A DNA stretch of 64,000 bases from Octopus vulgaris. Lineage: Eukaryota. The stretch is from positions 167,772,001 through 167,836,000 of the forward strand of contig OX597814.1 of NCBI GenBank assembly GCA_951406725.2. The letters run 5' to 3'. A program made the translations under genes and the position numbers. This document shows, piece after piece, positions 23,971 through 38,467 of this stretch. The notes below the pieces were generated by a model. It was not told the origin of the DNA, did not search any database, and was given only the letters and a program-made list of their open reading frames with translations. Position 1 is the first letter of the stretch, and each line of letters begins with the position of its first letter.

Positions 23971-25210
23971 TAGATATAGATATATATATTATGTATGAGA
24001 AAGTTTTCTGTTTGTGTGAGCACATAGCAGCAGTAGCATCTGTTCATGTTCATATGTATATACGTATGCCAAATGTTATATGCAGTACAGGCAAAGATTT
24101 TGATTTTGGCCATTTTGCGCATGTGTGGGTGTCACAAAGGCACCACTCACCATATGCCTATGCTTACAGCTATCATCTTCAAAGGACAACATCTCACAGC
24201 AGTCATTTTGTACTTTGCATTTACTGAGAGGCCTCACTGATTCTATGACTTGGAATTTTTATTTCATAATGAAAACTCATATTCTATTAACTAGTCTTCG
24301 TTGCAAAGGAAAGAAGTCTTGAGGGAATGTTTTTTTTTTCTGTTATTAAATAAAATAATTACATACCATTGTATTTGTTTTTCTATAATTATTTTTAATA
24401 TTTAATTGAATTTTAGCTTCAGCATTTAAGCTAATTTTAGCTTTTAATTTTAATATATCAAGAAATTAAATGCTGATGCTGGAATTAAATTAGATATTAA
24501 AAATAATTACAGAAAAAGGAAATATATTGGTATTTATTAATTTTACTTCGAGAATGAAAAACAATCCCACAAGTCTTCTTTCCTTTGCAAAGGAAAAATA
24601 ACACCCAATGAGAAACAAGCATACATTGCATGTGTGTGTGCATGCATATATCTAGAGATAGGTAGATAGTTAGATGCATGCGTGCACACACACACTCACA
24701 CATATGTGCACATGTGTGTGTGTGTGTGTGTGTGTGCTTTGATACTAGTATTTGCTGACTTGTGAGCTTTCAAGTTACAATTTTTTGATCTCATGATACA
24801 CTTCAATAAAGATGAGTATAAGCTGTACAGTGCGATACCTTTCATACACAGGGGAATGCTGTTGGCATCACATATTTTCTCACTCTCGTTTCCCCACATT
24901 ACTAAATGTTTTTATTTTGGTTCTCAGTTAATTTTGTATGTGTTGTGTGCATTAATCCCAGTTGTGCATTAATGAAGCTAAACAAGTATAAAAGTGAGCA
25001 AGTCTCCTGTTGATAGTGAAAAGAAGAAAAGCAATTGATTTGGGAACAATATTAAAAGATAATAGCTCAGCATGAAGGATGAAAATTTGTTTCAGTCCTT
25101 GTACATAATTTGTCTTACTCCCAATCAACAATTTCTACTATCCCAAAGGATAAGCACTATAATTGTGATTAGGTGAGGCTGTATGAATTGATTAAATCTA
25201 CAACAATCAA

Positions 25211-25632
25211 CTCTTTACTCTTTACTCTTTTACTTGTTTCAGTCATTTGACTGTGGCCATGCTGGAGCACCGCCTTTTGTCGAGCAAATTGACCCCAGGA
25301 CTTATTCTTTGTAAGCCTAGTACTTATTCTATCGGTCTCTTTTTTGCCGAACCGCTAAGTTACGGGGATGTTAACACACCAGCATCGGTTGTCAAGCGAT
25401 GTAGGGGGTGCAAACACAGACACACAATTATATACATATACACAGACACACATACATATACATATATATGACGGGCTTCTTTCAGTTTCCACCTACCAAA
25501 TCCACTCACAAGGCTTTGGTCGGCCCGAGGCTATAGTAGAAGACACTTGCCCAAGTTGCCATGCAGTGGGACTGAACCCGGAACCATGTGGTTGGTAAGC
25601 AAGCTACTTACCACACAGCCACTCCTACACCT
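25211..25632 (-). mobile_element. SINE type B
   Basis: Reverse-complement copy of 18581-18993. Confidence 0.88.
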
Positions 25633-26189
25633 ATGGGGAAAATGGAAGATATAGAAACATATTTGGTCACATAGATTGGTGAACTAAATTCAAAAGTGAA
25701 TACCATTTAGTATTTTAAATATATAAATGTGCAGGAACAGCTGTGTCATTAAGAAGTTTATTTCCCAACCTCATAGGTTTTGTTTCAGTCCCACTATATG
25801 GCACCTTGGGCATGTGTCTTCTACTTCAGCTCCAGCCTGACCAAGGCTTTGTGAGTGAATTTTAGTAGATGGAAACTGAAAGAAGCCTGTCATGTGTGTG
25901 TTTGTGTCTCCTTGACTTGATATTGAGTGGTAGTTGCAAATGACTGTCATACAAGGAGTTTTCATTCATTTCCAATATTCCATGAAGACATGTCTGGCCA
26001 TGGGGTAGTGTTTTCTTGCTTGGGAACAAGGAGGGTATCCAGCCATAGACTGATCCAAAATCTACCTCAGTAAATTCCATCCAACACAAGCTTGCATTAA
26101 AAAGTTAACATAGATATAATGATGATGATGACAATGAAGCTAAATCAAAGAACTCATTTGAAACATTGAAAGAATGTACCTATTATCTT

Positions 26190-27330
26190 AACGCACAAGC
26201 TTTTGTAGTGGGTCATGGAGGATTTTGAGCATTTGGAAAAGCTTTATAATATTTACAATATAAAAAGTATGTGACAAAATAAGTTTTGATGAGGGTACTG
26301 CTGCATTTAGAGAAATACTGTAAAACAATACTGTTAATGTGAAATACTTGCCAGAAGAATATTTTACATTGAGGAAACTGGCTTATATTGGAAAGGTATG
26401 CTTTGTCATGTAGTAAAATTAATGCCAAGGCATTTAAGGATCTTGTGAGTCCCTTACTTGAAAGTTTGAACTGGGGCCCTATCTTGTCAATCACTGTGAA
26501 TACTTGCATGCTTTTGAGAATGCTAGCAAGCCTATGGTACCCGTTACCTACTGCCACAACAAGAAAGTATGGATAACTAAACAGATCTTTCAAGATTGAT
26601 TCCCACTTCTCTTGCTATCCTCTGGGGCAATGCCTTTTCCATTTTGTCTGCCAGTGCCATGAGAACTGTTTCTATATTGTTAGAGGTAAGATTCTCTGTT
26701 AATCCTTCTATTTTGAGTTAAATCACCCTTTCCTCTACTATTTCAGTTCTTTTTGCACAACTTTCTCTTTCTAAAATTCTGCCTACAGAACACTGACTTG
26801 ACTTTCTCAGTTCAAAAGTCCCTTCTTTTCTGGTTTATTCTCTTGGTAAAAAGGAAAACTGCATTAAAAATGTTTATTAATTTAGATTATACTTGTCATC
26901 CACTATATCTCAATAATTTAAAATCCTAACATTCTCAGGAGCTTCAAGCCCTTCTTAAACAACCCACTAATCCAGCCCACGAATCAAGTGGTTGCATATA
27001 TTTCAAAGCATATTATCAGCAAATAATCTTTGCCAGATTGTTTGATGCTATGGCACCTCGCTCTGTGATTTTCAGAAAAGGTACAATATTTTGAATGCAA
27101 TTAGGAAATGTTTATAAAGCCTGGGAGTAAGTCACAAAAGAATCCATCAGCAGTATCTGAAAACATGTGTTGAAATACTTTCAAATGTACTTCAAAGAGC
27201 AAAAATATATATGTGAATACATTCAAAGGCTTTCATTTAGACTGTGTTGCAAGTGGCATTCTTGGAAAAATCATAGTGTTTGCGCAGCAGCTTGATCAGG
27301 AAGTGGGTAGAGATGAAATTGAGCTATTGA
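26190..27330 (+). pseudogene. Tigger/pogo transposase relic
   Basis: Broken frames give KYLPEE/FYIEETGLYWKGM (compare IFNADETGLYWKRM), LIQPTNQVV/FKAYYQQ (compare LIQPMDQGVI..FKAYY) and YNILNAI..KAWE.VT. Confidence 0.7.
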
Positions 27331-27429
27331 TACTGGCATGTTTATGTGTGTGTGTGTGTGTGTTTATATATGTATGTGTTTGTGTATGTTTATTAGTCAT
27401 AAATATCTTCAAAAAATGTTTATTTCCAT

Positions 27430-27430
<1 letters not shown>

Positions 27431-27514
<84 letters not shown>
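27431..27514. repeat. (CTAT)n microsatellite
   Basis: Direct reading. A compound (CT)n/(CTAT)n tract also lies at 52298-52460. Confidence 0.95.
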
Positions 27515-27515
<1 letters not shown>

Positions 27516-28034
27516 AGTCTGTCTGTCTGACTGTCCATCCACATATATATATATCATCATCATCATCATCGTTTAGCGTCCGCTTTCCATGCTGGCATGG
27601 GTTGGACGGTGCAACTGGGGTCTGGGAAGCTGGATGCCCTTCCTAACGCCAACCACTCCATGAGTGTAGTGGGTGCTTTCTATGTGCCACTGGCACAGGT
27701 GCCAGACGAGGCTGGCAAATGGCCACGATCGGATGGTACTTTTTTACGTGCCACCGGCATGGAGGCCAGTCGAGGCTGGCAACGGCCATGATCAGATGGT
27801 GCATTTTACGTGCCACCGGACGGAAGCCAGTCTGTCTATCAGTCTGGCTGGCTGGCTGTCCATCCATCTATATATATATATCATCATGATCATCATCATC
27901 ATATTTAATTTCTGTTTCTCATGCTGGCATGGGTTGGACAGTTTAACAAGAGCTAGCCAACTGAAACGCTTCCAGGCTCCATGTCTGTTTTGGCATAGTT
28001 TCTATGGCTAGATGCCCCTCCTAAAGCCAATAAC

Positions 28035-28085
<51 letters not shown>

Positions 28086-28283
28086 GTGCAACATGGCATA
28101 AGTTGTGTTGAGAAGTTTGCTTACCAACTACATGACTTGACTTACAATTTCAATGCAGTGTAATTGGGCAAGTGTTTTCTAGTATAGTGCTGGACTAAGC
28201 AAAGCCTTGTGAATGGATTTGGTAAAAAGAAACAAAGAAACTATATGAAGCCCATCGTAAACACACACACACACACACACACA

Positions 28284-28502
28284 CAAGGGGTGATGAAAAG
28301 TTCCTGGCTTCAAGGGTATCGCAAAAGGCTTGGCTGGAGACCCAACCTTCCAAGTTCTTTGACAGGGCTTAGGAAAACTGAAGGACTGCTGCAATATGTG
28401 TGTGTGAATCTGAGAGGGGAATATGCTAAATAAAATCATAATTAACTGATCCCCCCGTTTTTTTCTTTTATCCAAAGCCAGGAACTTTTCAGTACTCCCT
28501 CG
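28284..28502 (+). mobile_element. Internally deleted mariner derivative, copy 2
   Basis: Same TIRs and interior as 21594-21795. Ends CCCTCG followed by TA. Confidence 0.8.
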
Positions 28503-28859
28503 TAATTATGTGTATATATATATATATATGTATATAGTATACGGTTTCGTGATGGTAAGAGCAACAGAAAAAGTGCCCCATCTGGTGAGAGATAAATATT
28601 ATTTAATGGACACAATATATGTTTTTATGTGCTACTATTAGTTTCATGTGACAAAAGCATCTCAGACAGTGAGTAAAAGGTGGCATTTACTATAGCCCCA
28701 GGCCAACAAAAGCCTTTGATTCATTTACAAAGATTATAACACAAAAACATTTTTCATGTTTTCATTCAACCCCAGGTTGGGAAAAGAGTCAAGTAGCTCA
28801 GTTTCCTCTCTATTTTCCCAACCTCTGCTACAAGAAGTTTCACAGAAAAGAATATTATC

Positions 28860-30790
28860 ATTCTCAGAAAAGAGAATCCAAAACTTGAAATGAAAATTCG
28901 TTGTATTGAAATTTTAGCCTATCAAGATTTACCATTTGGAGGACATGATGAAATGGAAGAATCAAACAATAAGAGTAATTTTTTGAGTATGTGAAGCTGT
29001 AGCAAGATACAATGATTGTTTAAGATTGCATTTAGACTTCATGAAGAAAAATGCCAATTGCACATTTTCTGGGCTTTCAAAACAAGATCATTTAATTGTA
29101 TACTTGTTACAAGTGAAGGTAAAATTAAGGCAATGATAAAAATTTAAAAAAACAGTATTTGTTGCTGTTATGTTTGATGAGACTACAGAACTTTGAATGA
29201 AATCTCAAGATGAAAGGTTTTGCAATTTCTTGATGAGAAAGAAAAATCTTAAGAAAGGTTTTGAGGATATGTTGATGTCAGTGAAGACAGAAAAAACTGC
29301 ATTGTTGACAGAAATTCAAACATTTGCTAATGAGTTCAACTGTGGCCAACATTTCATCACACAAACTTATGATGGAGCAAGTATGATGGTTGGGCATTTG
29401 AATGGAGTGCAAGTAAGAATAAAGGAGACTTTTGGTGTGAATGTCTTATTTGTACATTCACTTAATTTGGTAGCCTCACAATCAACCTCAAGTATTTGAG
29501 AATGTTGAATTTTCTTCCAAACTTTAAAAGGAATTTCAACTTTTTTCTCAAAGTCAATAGCTTGAATAGCTCTACTGGATGAAATCATTGGAAGGTGATT
29601 TCCAAAGTTACCTGGGACATGTTGGAATTATTCATGTCAACAAGTATCCATTTTGTCCAATAAAATTACTGTTTTCTTGGTATTTTCAACCATATAAGAA
29701 AATCCAGAAGATTGATGCACCTCAGAATTACCACAGGCATGGGGATTTATTGCAGTCCTTGATTTTCAGTTTAAAATTTTTCTTTGAAACCATATTAAGT
29801 GGCTCAGAGATTCTGTTTTTGATTCTTCAAAACAGTTTGCTTGATATTTCAAGCTGTATTTGTGAGGTTAAGAACTTCAAAAAACAATTGGCTGTTATTA
29901 TCATGTTAGGTGTAATAGGTGGATTAATTGTGGTGTGAGATTAAGCTGACTGCGTATATTACTAGCAGAAGCAGAACTAATGAATATTTAACATTAGATT
30001 TATTTAAAGGAAGGCTGAATATGAATACATACACAAAGTATCAAATCCTCACTAGGATACAGGGATCAACTTAACTGTGATTGCTCAACCATCAGTTATC
30101 AAGATGCGAGGCTGCTGAATCTTATTGAAGCTTTGTCCTTGATTTGCTTGGTGAGAGCCAAATCGTATTCTCTTCAAATGCCATGAAAGCTCTAGTTGAT
30201 CTGTAGCATTAAATTGCTTAACTGGAGAAAATGGTGTGAACCTCAAGGACACTTGAGATAATATTCTAACTTGTAGTCTGATCTCCTGCAAACTAGTTGG
30301 TTAAAAAAAAGGGGTGTTTAGGTTAAGACCGCATGCCCCAATTGTGGCTCATTCCAGATAGAGAACTGATAATTTAGTGAAAAGGGTTCAAACCCTAAGG
30401 CTCATTACTATATCAACAACAAGTTTGAAGAATTTTGCTGCTGGATTCTGTATGGTGTTGCTGAAATACTAGAGAAGTGTGATCAACATCAAGAACCAGA
30501 AGCTGTTTGAAGAACTTTGTTTAACAACAATTTGTATGAAGTTATTGTTAACATTGAGCAAAGATTTAAAACACTGTTGTTTAAAATCACTTTCTTCATT
30601 AAAGCAAGTAAATATTTATTTGAAGTATTCTCAAAGTGAAGAGATATGAAGTAATTTGGGCTTCACTTCCATCTTTTGAAGAAGATGAAGGCAGAGCATG
30701 GAGCTGATACATTTTATACCAAAGTGATTGATGAATTTGCCAAAAAGAAACAAAGAATTGAACTGATTTACAAATAAAGTTTAAATAGCT
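28860..30790 (+). pseudogene. hAT transposase relic (ZMYM1/DUF4371-like), fragmented
   Basis: LPFGGHDEMEESNNKSNF, FVAVMFDETT and QTYDGASMMVGHLNGVQVRIKE...LFVHSLNLV are typical hAT motifs. Many stops and frameshifts; boundaries approximate. Confidence 0.75.
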
Positions 30791-32206
30791 CATTATTTGT
30801 AGGTTCTATTGTTTTCTCTCGTAACCAATAATGGTCATCATGGCAGACCCATCACCGGGGTGTTGCTAATAGGGCGGGAGGCATCAAGGCCAGTGGAGAG
30901 AGGTATCAAGCCTGAAGCATGCCTGTTGGTAGAAGTTAATTTTCTCACATTAAAATTAGTTCATATCCTATTTACAGATGGAGATGAATGAGGGAGAGGG
31001 GGCGAATAGTTTTTGGTGAGAGGGAGAGTAAGGCTCTACTGCTCTACTTGCTGCCTTGGTGATTGGACTGCATCATGAACTGCATGCCCTGGTTTCCAAA
31101 TCACTCTTTACCACTGGTATATATCTGTGTCTTTATGTGTGTGTGTGAGAGAGAGAGAGGGTGCGTGGCCCAGTGGTTAGGTGTTGCATTCACAATTGCA
31201 AGGTTGTGATTTCAGTTCCAGGGCCAAGTGGTGTGTTGTGTTCTTAAACAAAATACTCCATCTCACAATGCTCTGCAATAACTTCAACACTTGGCTTGTG
31301 CTACACCATACACTTGTTCAGGCAACATTCATCTGGTGGAGGGAGAGATCTAATGGATAGAACAAACATTTGATGACCATAAATGAATCATTTGTGCAGG
31401 TTGTTCAGCAAGAAATTGCTGAACTGTCTTTCTCAGACTACAAGAGACTACCATCACATGTATATGTCTTGCTCTTTGCATCTTTCTCTCTCTCTCTCAT
31501 ACTGACATTGAAGTTGTCCCATATAAAGTGTCCTTTTGAGCAAATGTATAATGTTTTCCTACTTGATAGTTTAGAAACCAGTGAGTAGGTGAAGTGACTG
31601 GACATTAAGACAGAATTTATTCAGATCAAAATCTCAGGGTGCTGAGCTTGTGATATGGACTGATGCAAGACCATATCATATGGCACTATACTATATTGTA
31701 GACCCATGCTATCCATTTCATTACAGAGAAACAGATGTCAAAGAATTAATGATGATGTATATACATCTGTGGATACATGAATGAGAGAGAGAGCTTACTT
31801 CAGCATCCAGTTTAAATGCTATTAAAGCTGCCTTTACATGGCTTCACTTTACAAAGAAACCATACCACTACTTAGCAGTTAATCCATCACAAAGTATGTT
31901 ATCAAATTTTCTTTGATAAATTCTTCCATGACTTTCCTGATTTAAGAAGTAATCAAAGCTTTGTAAATTGTGCTATCTGCTCTGTTTCCTTTTTTCCAAA
32001 GCCTTTCAGAGTTTTCCTCTGCCAACAATAGTTGCAAGAAAAACATGTAGTTTGAGAGTAAATCTCATAGGATTAACACTCAAACAAGAAAAAATTGGTT
32101 GGGCAAAACATTTAGCAACATGTCTGAGGGAAGAGATTCAGTAAGAGTGACTTGGTAGAGAACAAAAAAAATTGCATCATGGAACTCAGTGTTGTTAGTG
32201 GATTTG

Positions 32207-32492
32207 TTGTTTGTTCCTTCTCAAGCCACACCTGGCTCATAAGGGCTGGTTTTCTTGGCATATAGGTTCCCCACCTGGACAGGACACCGGTCCATCGCAG
32301 GTGAGCTGCAAGATGCAGGAAGAGAAAGTTGTGGCAAAAGAGTCAGCAGAAGTTCGCCACTACCTTCTGCTGGAGCCACGTGGAGCTTAGGTGTTTCGCT
32401 CTCAAACACACACATCACCCGGTCTGAAATTCGAACCCATGCTCTCTCGATTGTGAGTTCGCTGCTCTAACCACTAGGCCATGTGCCTCCAC
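32207..32492 (-). mobile_element. tRNA-derived SINE (type C)
   Basis: 13-bp TSD GTTAGTGGATTTG (32194-32206 and 32493-32505). A-box TGGCCTAGTGG, B-box GGTTCGAATTTC, and CCTGCGATGGACCGGTGTCCTGTCCAGG reminiscent of V-SINE 3' regions. Confidence 0.85.
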
Positions 32493-33704
32493 GTTAGTGG
32501 ATTTGGTTGTATACAACTAATTCAGAGTATCAGAGGTCATTGGAGTAGCAATGAAATTGATAGAGAGAGGAGACAGTGCATTTGTGGATCATAAAAGAAT
32601 TGTGCATTCATAACTGCATTACAAAGACATTGTATAGTTTTACTGACAGTAAGGTCTCTGTTTTATACGATTGACTAATTCTATAATGGGATGAGGTTAT
32701 TTTCTTTGTATAGCTAAAAAAATAATGTTGAATTTTATTAAATCTCTTCTATGATTTTAGTTTTAATTCTTGAAGCATTACTTTATTTTATTTATATATT
32801 TTATATCACAATTTGTGGATAATAGTGGTAGTCATTGTAGGTTTCCACTGCACCAATCACTACACAAAAACAACAAATGAGTGTCCGTAATTCAGTGCAG
32901 AATAAATATATCAAGGGACTTGTCCAGCATCAGTTTTACAATTTTCTCACCAATGTGTGTATTGTTTGTGTGTATATATCTGTGAAAGACAAACACCAAC
33001 ACAAATATTTACACACACCTCTATGAAATGGGCTTCACAGTTCAATCTACCAAATTCCACATACAAAGTAGAATATAACAGAAATTCAATAGAATTATAA
33101 AGTGTCCAGTATCAGTTTCTATGTTTCTTCAAACTATTTTAATGCTACAGTTTTGAGAAGATTGTATAAGCCATATCAATATTGTGATAAAAGTCCAAAT
33201 TATTTGTGGAAATGAAACCTAGAATTGTGTTGTAAGGAAGACCACTTGTGTCAAATAAAGACTGAGTTCTATGAAACAGCAAGTCTGATTACCTTTGCTC
33301 CTTTAATGATACACCAGGGGAATTACAGTTCTCTAGCCTCTTCAAATTGGTAAGATTGTAATTTTCCAAATGGGAATAAATTAATGTCAATCCAATCTAT
33401 CTAGTAGCTTCTGTTCTAGCTCTAAGATTCTCTTAGCCCATTTGATACCTACCTACATGAGGCTCCTGGTTGTGATACAAACTTACTGTTTAATAGTGAT
33501 CTAAAATCATATCTTCAATGAAAATTACAGGGTATTTGAGCTAAATTTGATAGCATAAAAGGAAAAGAAAACAAGAAAACACGATGTACCATCTAAAAAG
33601 AAAAGTATTTTTAAAATAATCAAAAAATATTAAATATGAGATTATGGTTGGGTAACAGTTTACTTAAAGTAGCAGCCTTATTATTATTATCAATTTCTGA
33701 TATT

Positions 33705-34330
33705 GGTACATGACAACCAGGCCACAAAATGGCTCCAGAACCTGGAGCATGTGTTCTGCACAGTGTCCCTAAAAAGATCTTTGGACACCTCCTTGATCTT
33801 GGCTACTAACTCAGCCTTAGTGTTGCAGGCAGAGCAGTTGGTGTCTTTCTCAACCATGCCTCACTCATAATAATCCATAGAATTACAATCAGGGGAAATA
33901 GGGGACCAGAAATTGGGGCTAGTGAAGTTATAGAAAATCTCTGATAACCACTTCTGACTCTTTCCAGAGGTGTGGAAAAGTGTCAAATCCTGCTACCACA
34001 TATATGACCTTCCAGCAGCAACCCTCTCTAACATGCTATTGACTGCAGTCTCCACTAACTTCACATAGCAATCTGAATTTAGCCTAAGGCCCTGTTGTAA
34101 AAAGTGGGGGTGAATTCTGGTGTGTGGACACAATCAGAATACCTGTTGCATCCCTTCCTGCTGGCCACTGCCTTGTAGTCTCTCTTACAGCTGTTCATAT
34201 CATGTCTTACATCCTTTACAGTGTTCACGGAGCATTGAGTAGCAATCATGATGTTGGCATTTTGTTACTCATGTAGCATGTAGCCATTTTTAAATAATAG
34301 CTCCAAATTGTGGTAGCTGGCAATATGACA
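33705..34330 (-). pseudogene. maT (DD37D) Tc1/mariner transposase relic with internal deletion
   Basis: Minus strand reads GRSYMW*QD-(37 aa including WSPISPDCNSM)-DYY...NTKAELVAKIKE...CSRF. An N-terminal piece ending RYSDCVHTPEF lies at about 34110-34260. Confidence 0.8.
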
Positions 34331-37300
34331 TAATGTTGTATTGCCAAAGAAATATGATTGTTGTTTTTCCATTGGTTAATATAACTGCTCATATAGGAAT
34401 TCTAAGAATTTGTTCAAGAATATTTGTATGTGATTTCGATTCTTTAAAGTCAAGTTGAACAGTTATAAAAATCCTGGATTTTGGGAAAAACTTCAGTGTT
34501 TGTTGGATGTAACTAAACTCCATGACACTCACTCCTTTGAGACATTGGTTATTTTTTAGGCCATGTCCAAGAAAAATCCAACAAGTCTTGTTCGAATTGT
34601 TGAGATTTAATATAGCTAAAATTAGAAATTAGTTAGTTAAAATATATAGTCGTAATTCTCTACAACAAAATTTACTTTTCTTCAAAATGTATATAATATA
34701 AAAATGCTATATGTATATAATAAAAATTAATGTAGAAAATGTTTTCTCTTTCTTCACGTTCTTCAACTATATATAAAATGTATTTCTGTAATTATTAAAC
34801 TGTATTTTTTTATAGCGGTTAAAAGAACACAAAATAATATTCAACATACATTCACGCTAATGTTCGTTAGCATTCCAGAAAGTATATTTCTCTATGGCGT
34901 TTATATTAGCTGTAGTTAGGACTTACATATAATGATAACACTTAAGTAAGTTATAAGTGACGGTTTTATTGTTATATATCCCTACTTTAAAAGCTAAATA
35001 ATTTTATCTATTTCCGAATAGGAAACATAATAAGTAGCGTTGCATTAACAGTAAACAAACTAACTAGAAAATATTCGCTATAATATATAACATAAGAGAA
35101 ACTTGATAGCAAACCGCTATACTCAGATATTCAGATGGTTTCCAGTCCTCCATATCAGCTAGCTTTTTCTCAACTACAACTTTAATCTTTATGCTCTCAA
35201 ACATGATTGTTCACTAATTCATCAAGCTGATACTGTAGAAAAGAGGCGTAAAAAATAATCAAATTTAACCCGAAAGCCTTGTACATGTTAATTTATGTCC
35301 CAAACAATAAATTCATAATGACAAAATTATTTCAGTAAATTCTTTGTTATTTCCAGAATTAATTGAAATAAACAAGGTGTTTCTCAAACAGAAATATGGT
35401 GGTAATGAAAGGGTTAAACATTCTGAGCTGCGACATGCTATATCTGCTGGCTTGTATTTTGTTCATACAACAGCCTTCAGCTGTTTGATTATTTTCTTTA
35501 TGACTGATAGAGAAGGAAGAGCAGTGCCCAAGACTTTTTGCAAGACTTCTGAGACTGGTGGGTGGAAACGGAAGAAAGTTATTGCATTAGGAAGTAGTGT
35601 AGCTTGATCAAGTTATCTCAAATAGTGGTGATGTTAAACTGGATGAGGAATTAAGTCTCACCCACCTCCAAAGAAAGAAATAGAATAACAGGATAGTTAG
35701 TTGCATTGACACCAGTATTTAACTGGTACTTTACTTTATTTACCCTGGAAGGACAAAAAGGTAAAGTCAATCATGTTGGGATTTGAACCCAGAATGTAAA
35801 GAGCTGGAATAACTACCAGCACAGTGTCTGTTTATTCATTTCCATTCACATATTTTGGGTGAGTCTGAGGCTTAGGTGCTGCACAGTGAGGTTATATCCA
35901 AAACAATGTGATTGCTATGCAAACATTTTAACTACACATCTTTTCCTGCATCCAATGGATAATTAATGTGAATAGTTTCCTTTGTAAGCAGTATTTGGAA
36001 CTTTTAATTCCCATCCTTTGTTCAACTCTTTTGATTTCAGTTAAAATTTCCAATATGCATATAGATGGTCTTAGTTGATACAGTACAGCGTCTCTTCTAC
36101 AATTACAAAATCTAGAAATTTTTCTGTTTATTATTCATAATACTTCTTCATCAGTAACATGGTAACAGATGGCTTTCTAATGGACAAAATCTCTTTGCTG
36201 TCTAAAAAATTCTCAAGTTATTAATCTAGTCACTAATACTAAGCTTTATAAGTGAAAGAAGTCATTTATTCACCAATATGCTACCCAGAGACACACATAT
36301 ACACACATTTTTGTAGAAGTGATGCTGATTATTTTAGTTCTATATTTCACATAAATTTGGAATGTGCACTGGTTGTGCAACACAGTTTTATTTTACCAAA
36401 TTTATAGCTTTTCATCATAATTTACATTTTAAGTGCAGGATATCTTTCTATGATTTTTCTTAAGTGGGCATAGGAAAGTAATTGTAGTTTACTAGTGTGT
36501 GTAGCTTACTGGTTCAACTATTTAGTTAATTATTTATTTATTAATTATTCAGAAGTCTTATTTTTATTACGTGTTTTCATTAGCTGTATCTATTTTACAC
36601 AGTTCCCATATTCTAAGAATTTAACAGGTATCATGTGCTTTTAAAAAATGTTTATATTTCATTAAGTAATGAATCAGTGATTGACAGTTAGACTCATTGC
36701 TTTCAATTTAATTGTACAACAGAGTTATTGATCATCAATGCATGCCTATAAAGAAATGAAATATTTTGCAGCTTAATAGCTTTCCTTATGTGAAACCCCC
36801 TCAATCTAATAGCAGAGTTATCTATTTGTCAATTGCATGACCAAAAGCCACCACAGTAATGCATTTTTTAAAGAAGCAACACAATGCCTGTAGGATTTGA
36901 ATTCCTGTTATAGCTATTCAGTCTTGTTCTTTTTTTTTTTTTTTTTTTTGGTGGGTGGGGTTTAAACAATTTTGCCATTATTTTTATTCTGATAACTACT
37001 GCCTATCTATAAAATTCAAATCAACTTATCTTAGTCATAACAGTGTTTTCTCTTTGTTGCAACTGTACTGAAAGTGTCTGTTGGTTTAATGATAACTGGT
37101 CTGTGAGAGATAAAAAGTATTTTTCTGCTTCTAAAGTACTATTAACTGATTAGAATAAATTATAGATTATTTGAGAAATAATTGTACAAGTTTGATTAAT
37201 TGCCTCATACTCATGTCAATTGCTATCACATTTGCCAACTGTCATCTCTATAGGTTCAAATCTTTGCCAACTATCATCACTACAGGTTTATATGCTTGCC

Positions 37301-38373
37301 AACTGGCATAAATAAAGGCTCATACATTTTTGATTTTCTTCCCATGACTATGGTTTAGAAATATTATCATTACATGAAATGTTTGTGTTTATAAATAATT
37401 GGGGATTAAGCTTAAGATGAATCAAAGAATACAAATGTGGACTTGGAAAAGAATAAAATGCAAGCATTAGGAGAGAATTAAGTCCACATCTAGAACTATC
37501 AATTATGCTACTGTGTTTAACTAATTCTTCTGATTTCAGTTTGGCTCTCAGATTCCTTCTTAATCCTTTCATTCCTTTTATCTGACACAGAACTCTTGTG
37601 ATAATTAATCCAATCTCTAGATTAATCAGTTCAGTACAAGAATATATATTTAGTCTTTCTCTAAGCTAATTCTAGGGATAAACTTTGAAAGAGACCAGAG
37701 GTATGATAAATGAAAGATCATATTTTGAGCCTAATTGTGTCTTTCAAATTTGATATCAAAACTACACAAAGTATTTGCTCTCCAGTGTATTATAGGATAA
37801 ATAGAACATGAGATGAAATATTTTGAAGTATTTGGTTATGCTTGTTCCTGTTTTGAGTTCAAATCTTCCACAGATCCATTTGACTTTACTCTGTAAAGGA
37901 TATGCACTAATCTCTGACTACAGCTATTTTTGAATTAGGGCTTAATAATTTGCTCTGTAATATGTTATATAACCAGAGACAATTTCATTTTATTTTCGGG
38001 CCATAAAAGCGTAATTGATCATGGAAGCCTAAGTTCAATTTTTCATGGTTCTTAATTTTAGTTTTTTAAAATTTTCTCATTGTGTTTCCTTCTGTGCATG
38101 GCTTTACTTAATTTTAAAAGCGTGCACGTGCACGCACACACACACGCACACACACACACACACACACACAGTCATACACAAATTATACACGTGTGTGTGT
38201 GTGTCTACATGCAAATTCAAGCACAGTTATGCAGAAGGTGGAAAGAGTGTTTGTTCACAATAAGAGAGTAGAGTTTATAAATTTGTTAAAAGCTAAAAAC
38301 TTTGCTAACCATTAACCCTGGTTTCTCATTTCCAGTCTTCAGGCAGTTGTAGGGACTAGAGTAAGAATGGCTA

Positions 38374-38467
<94 letters not shown>

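Noticed and set aside
33433-35417. Single large piggyBac-like element from TTAGCCCATTTGATACC to GGTAATGAAAGGGTTAA
   Set aside because: The termini match only weakly and the left TTAA is imperfect. They could be unrelated MITE fragments.
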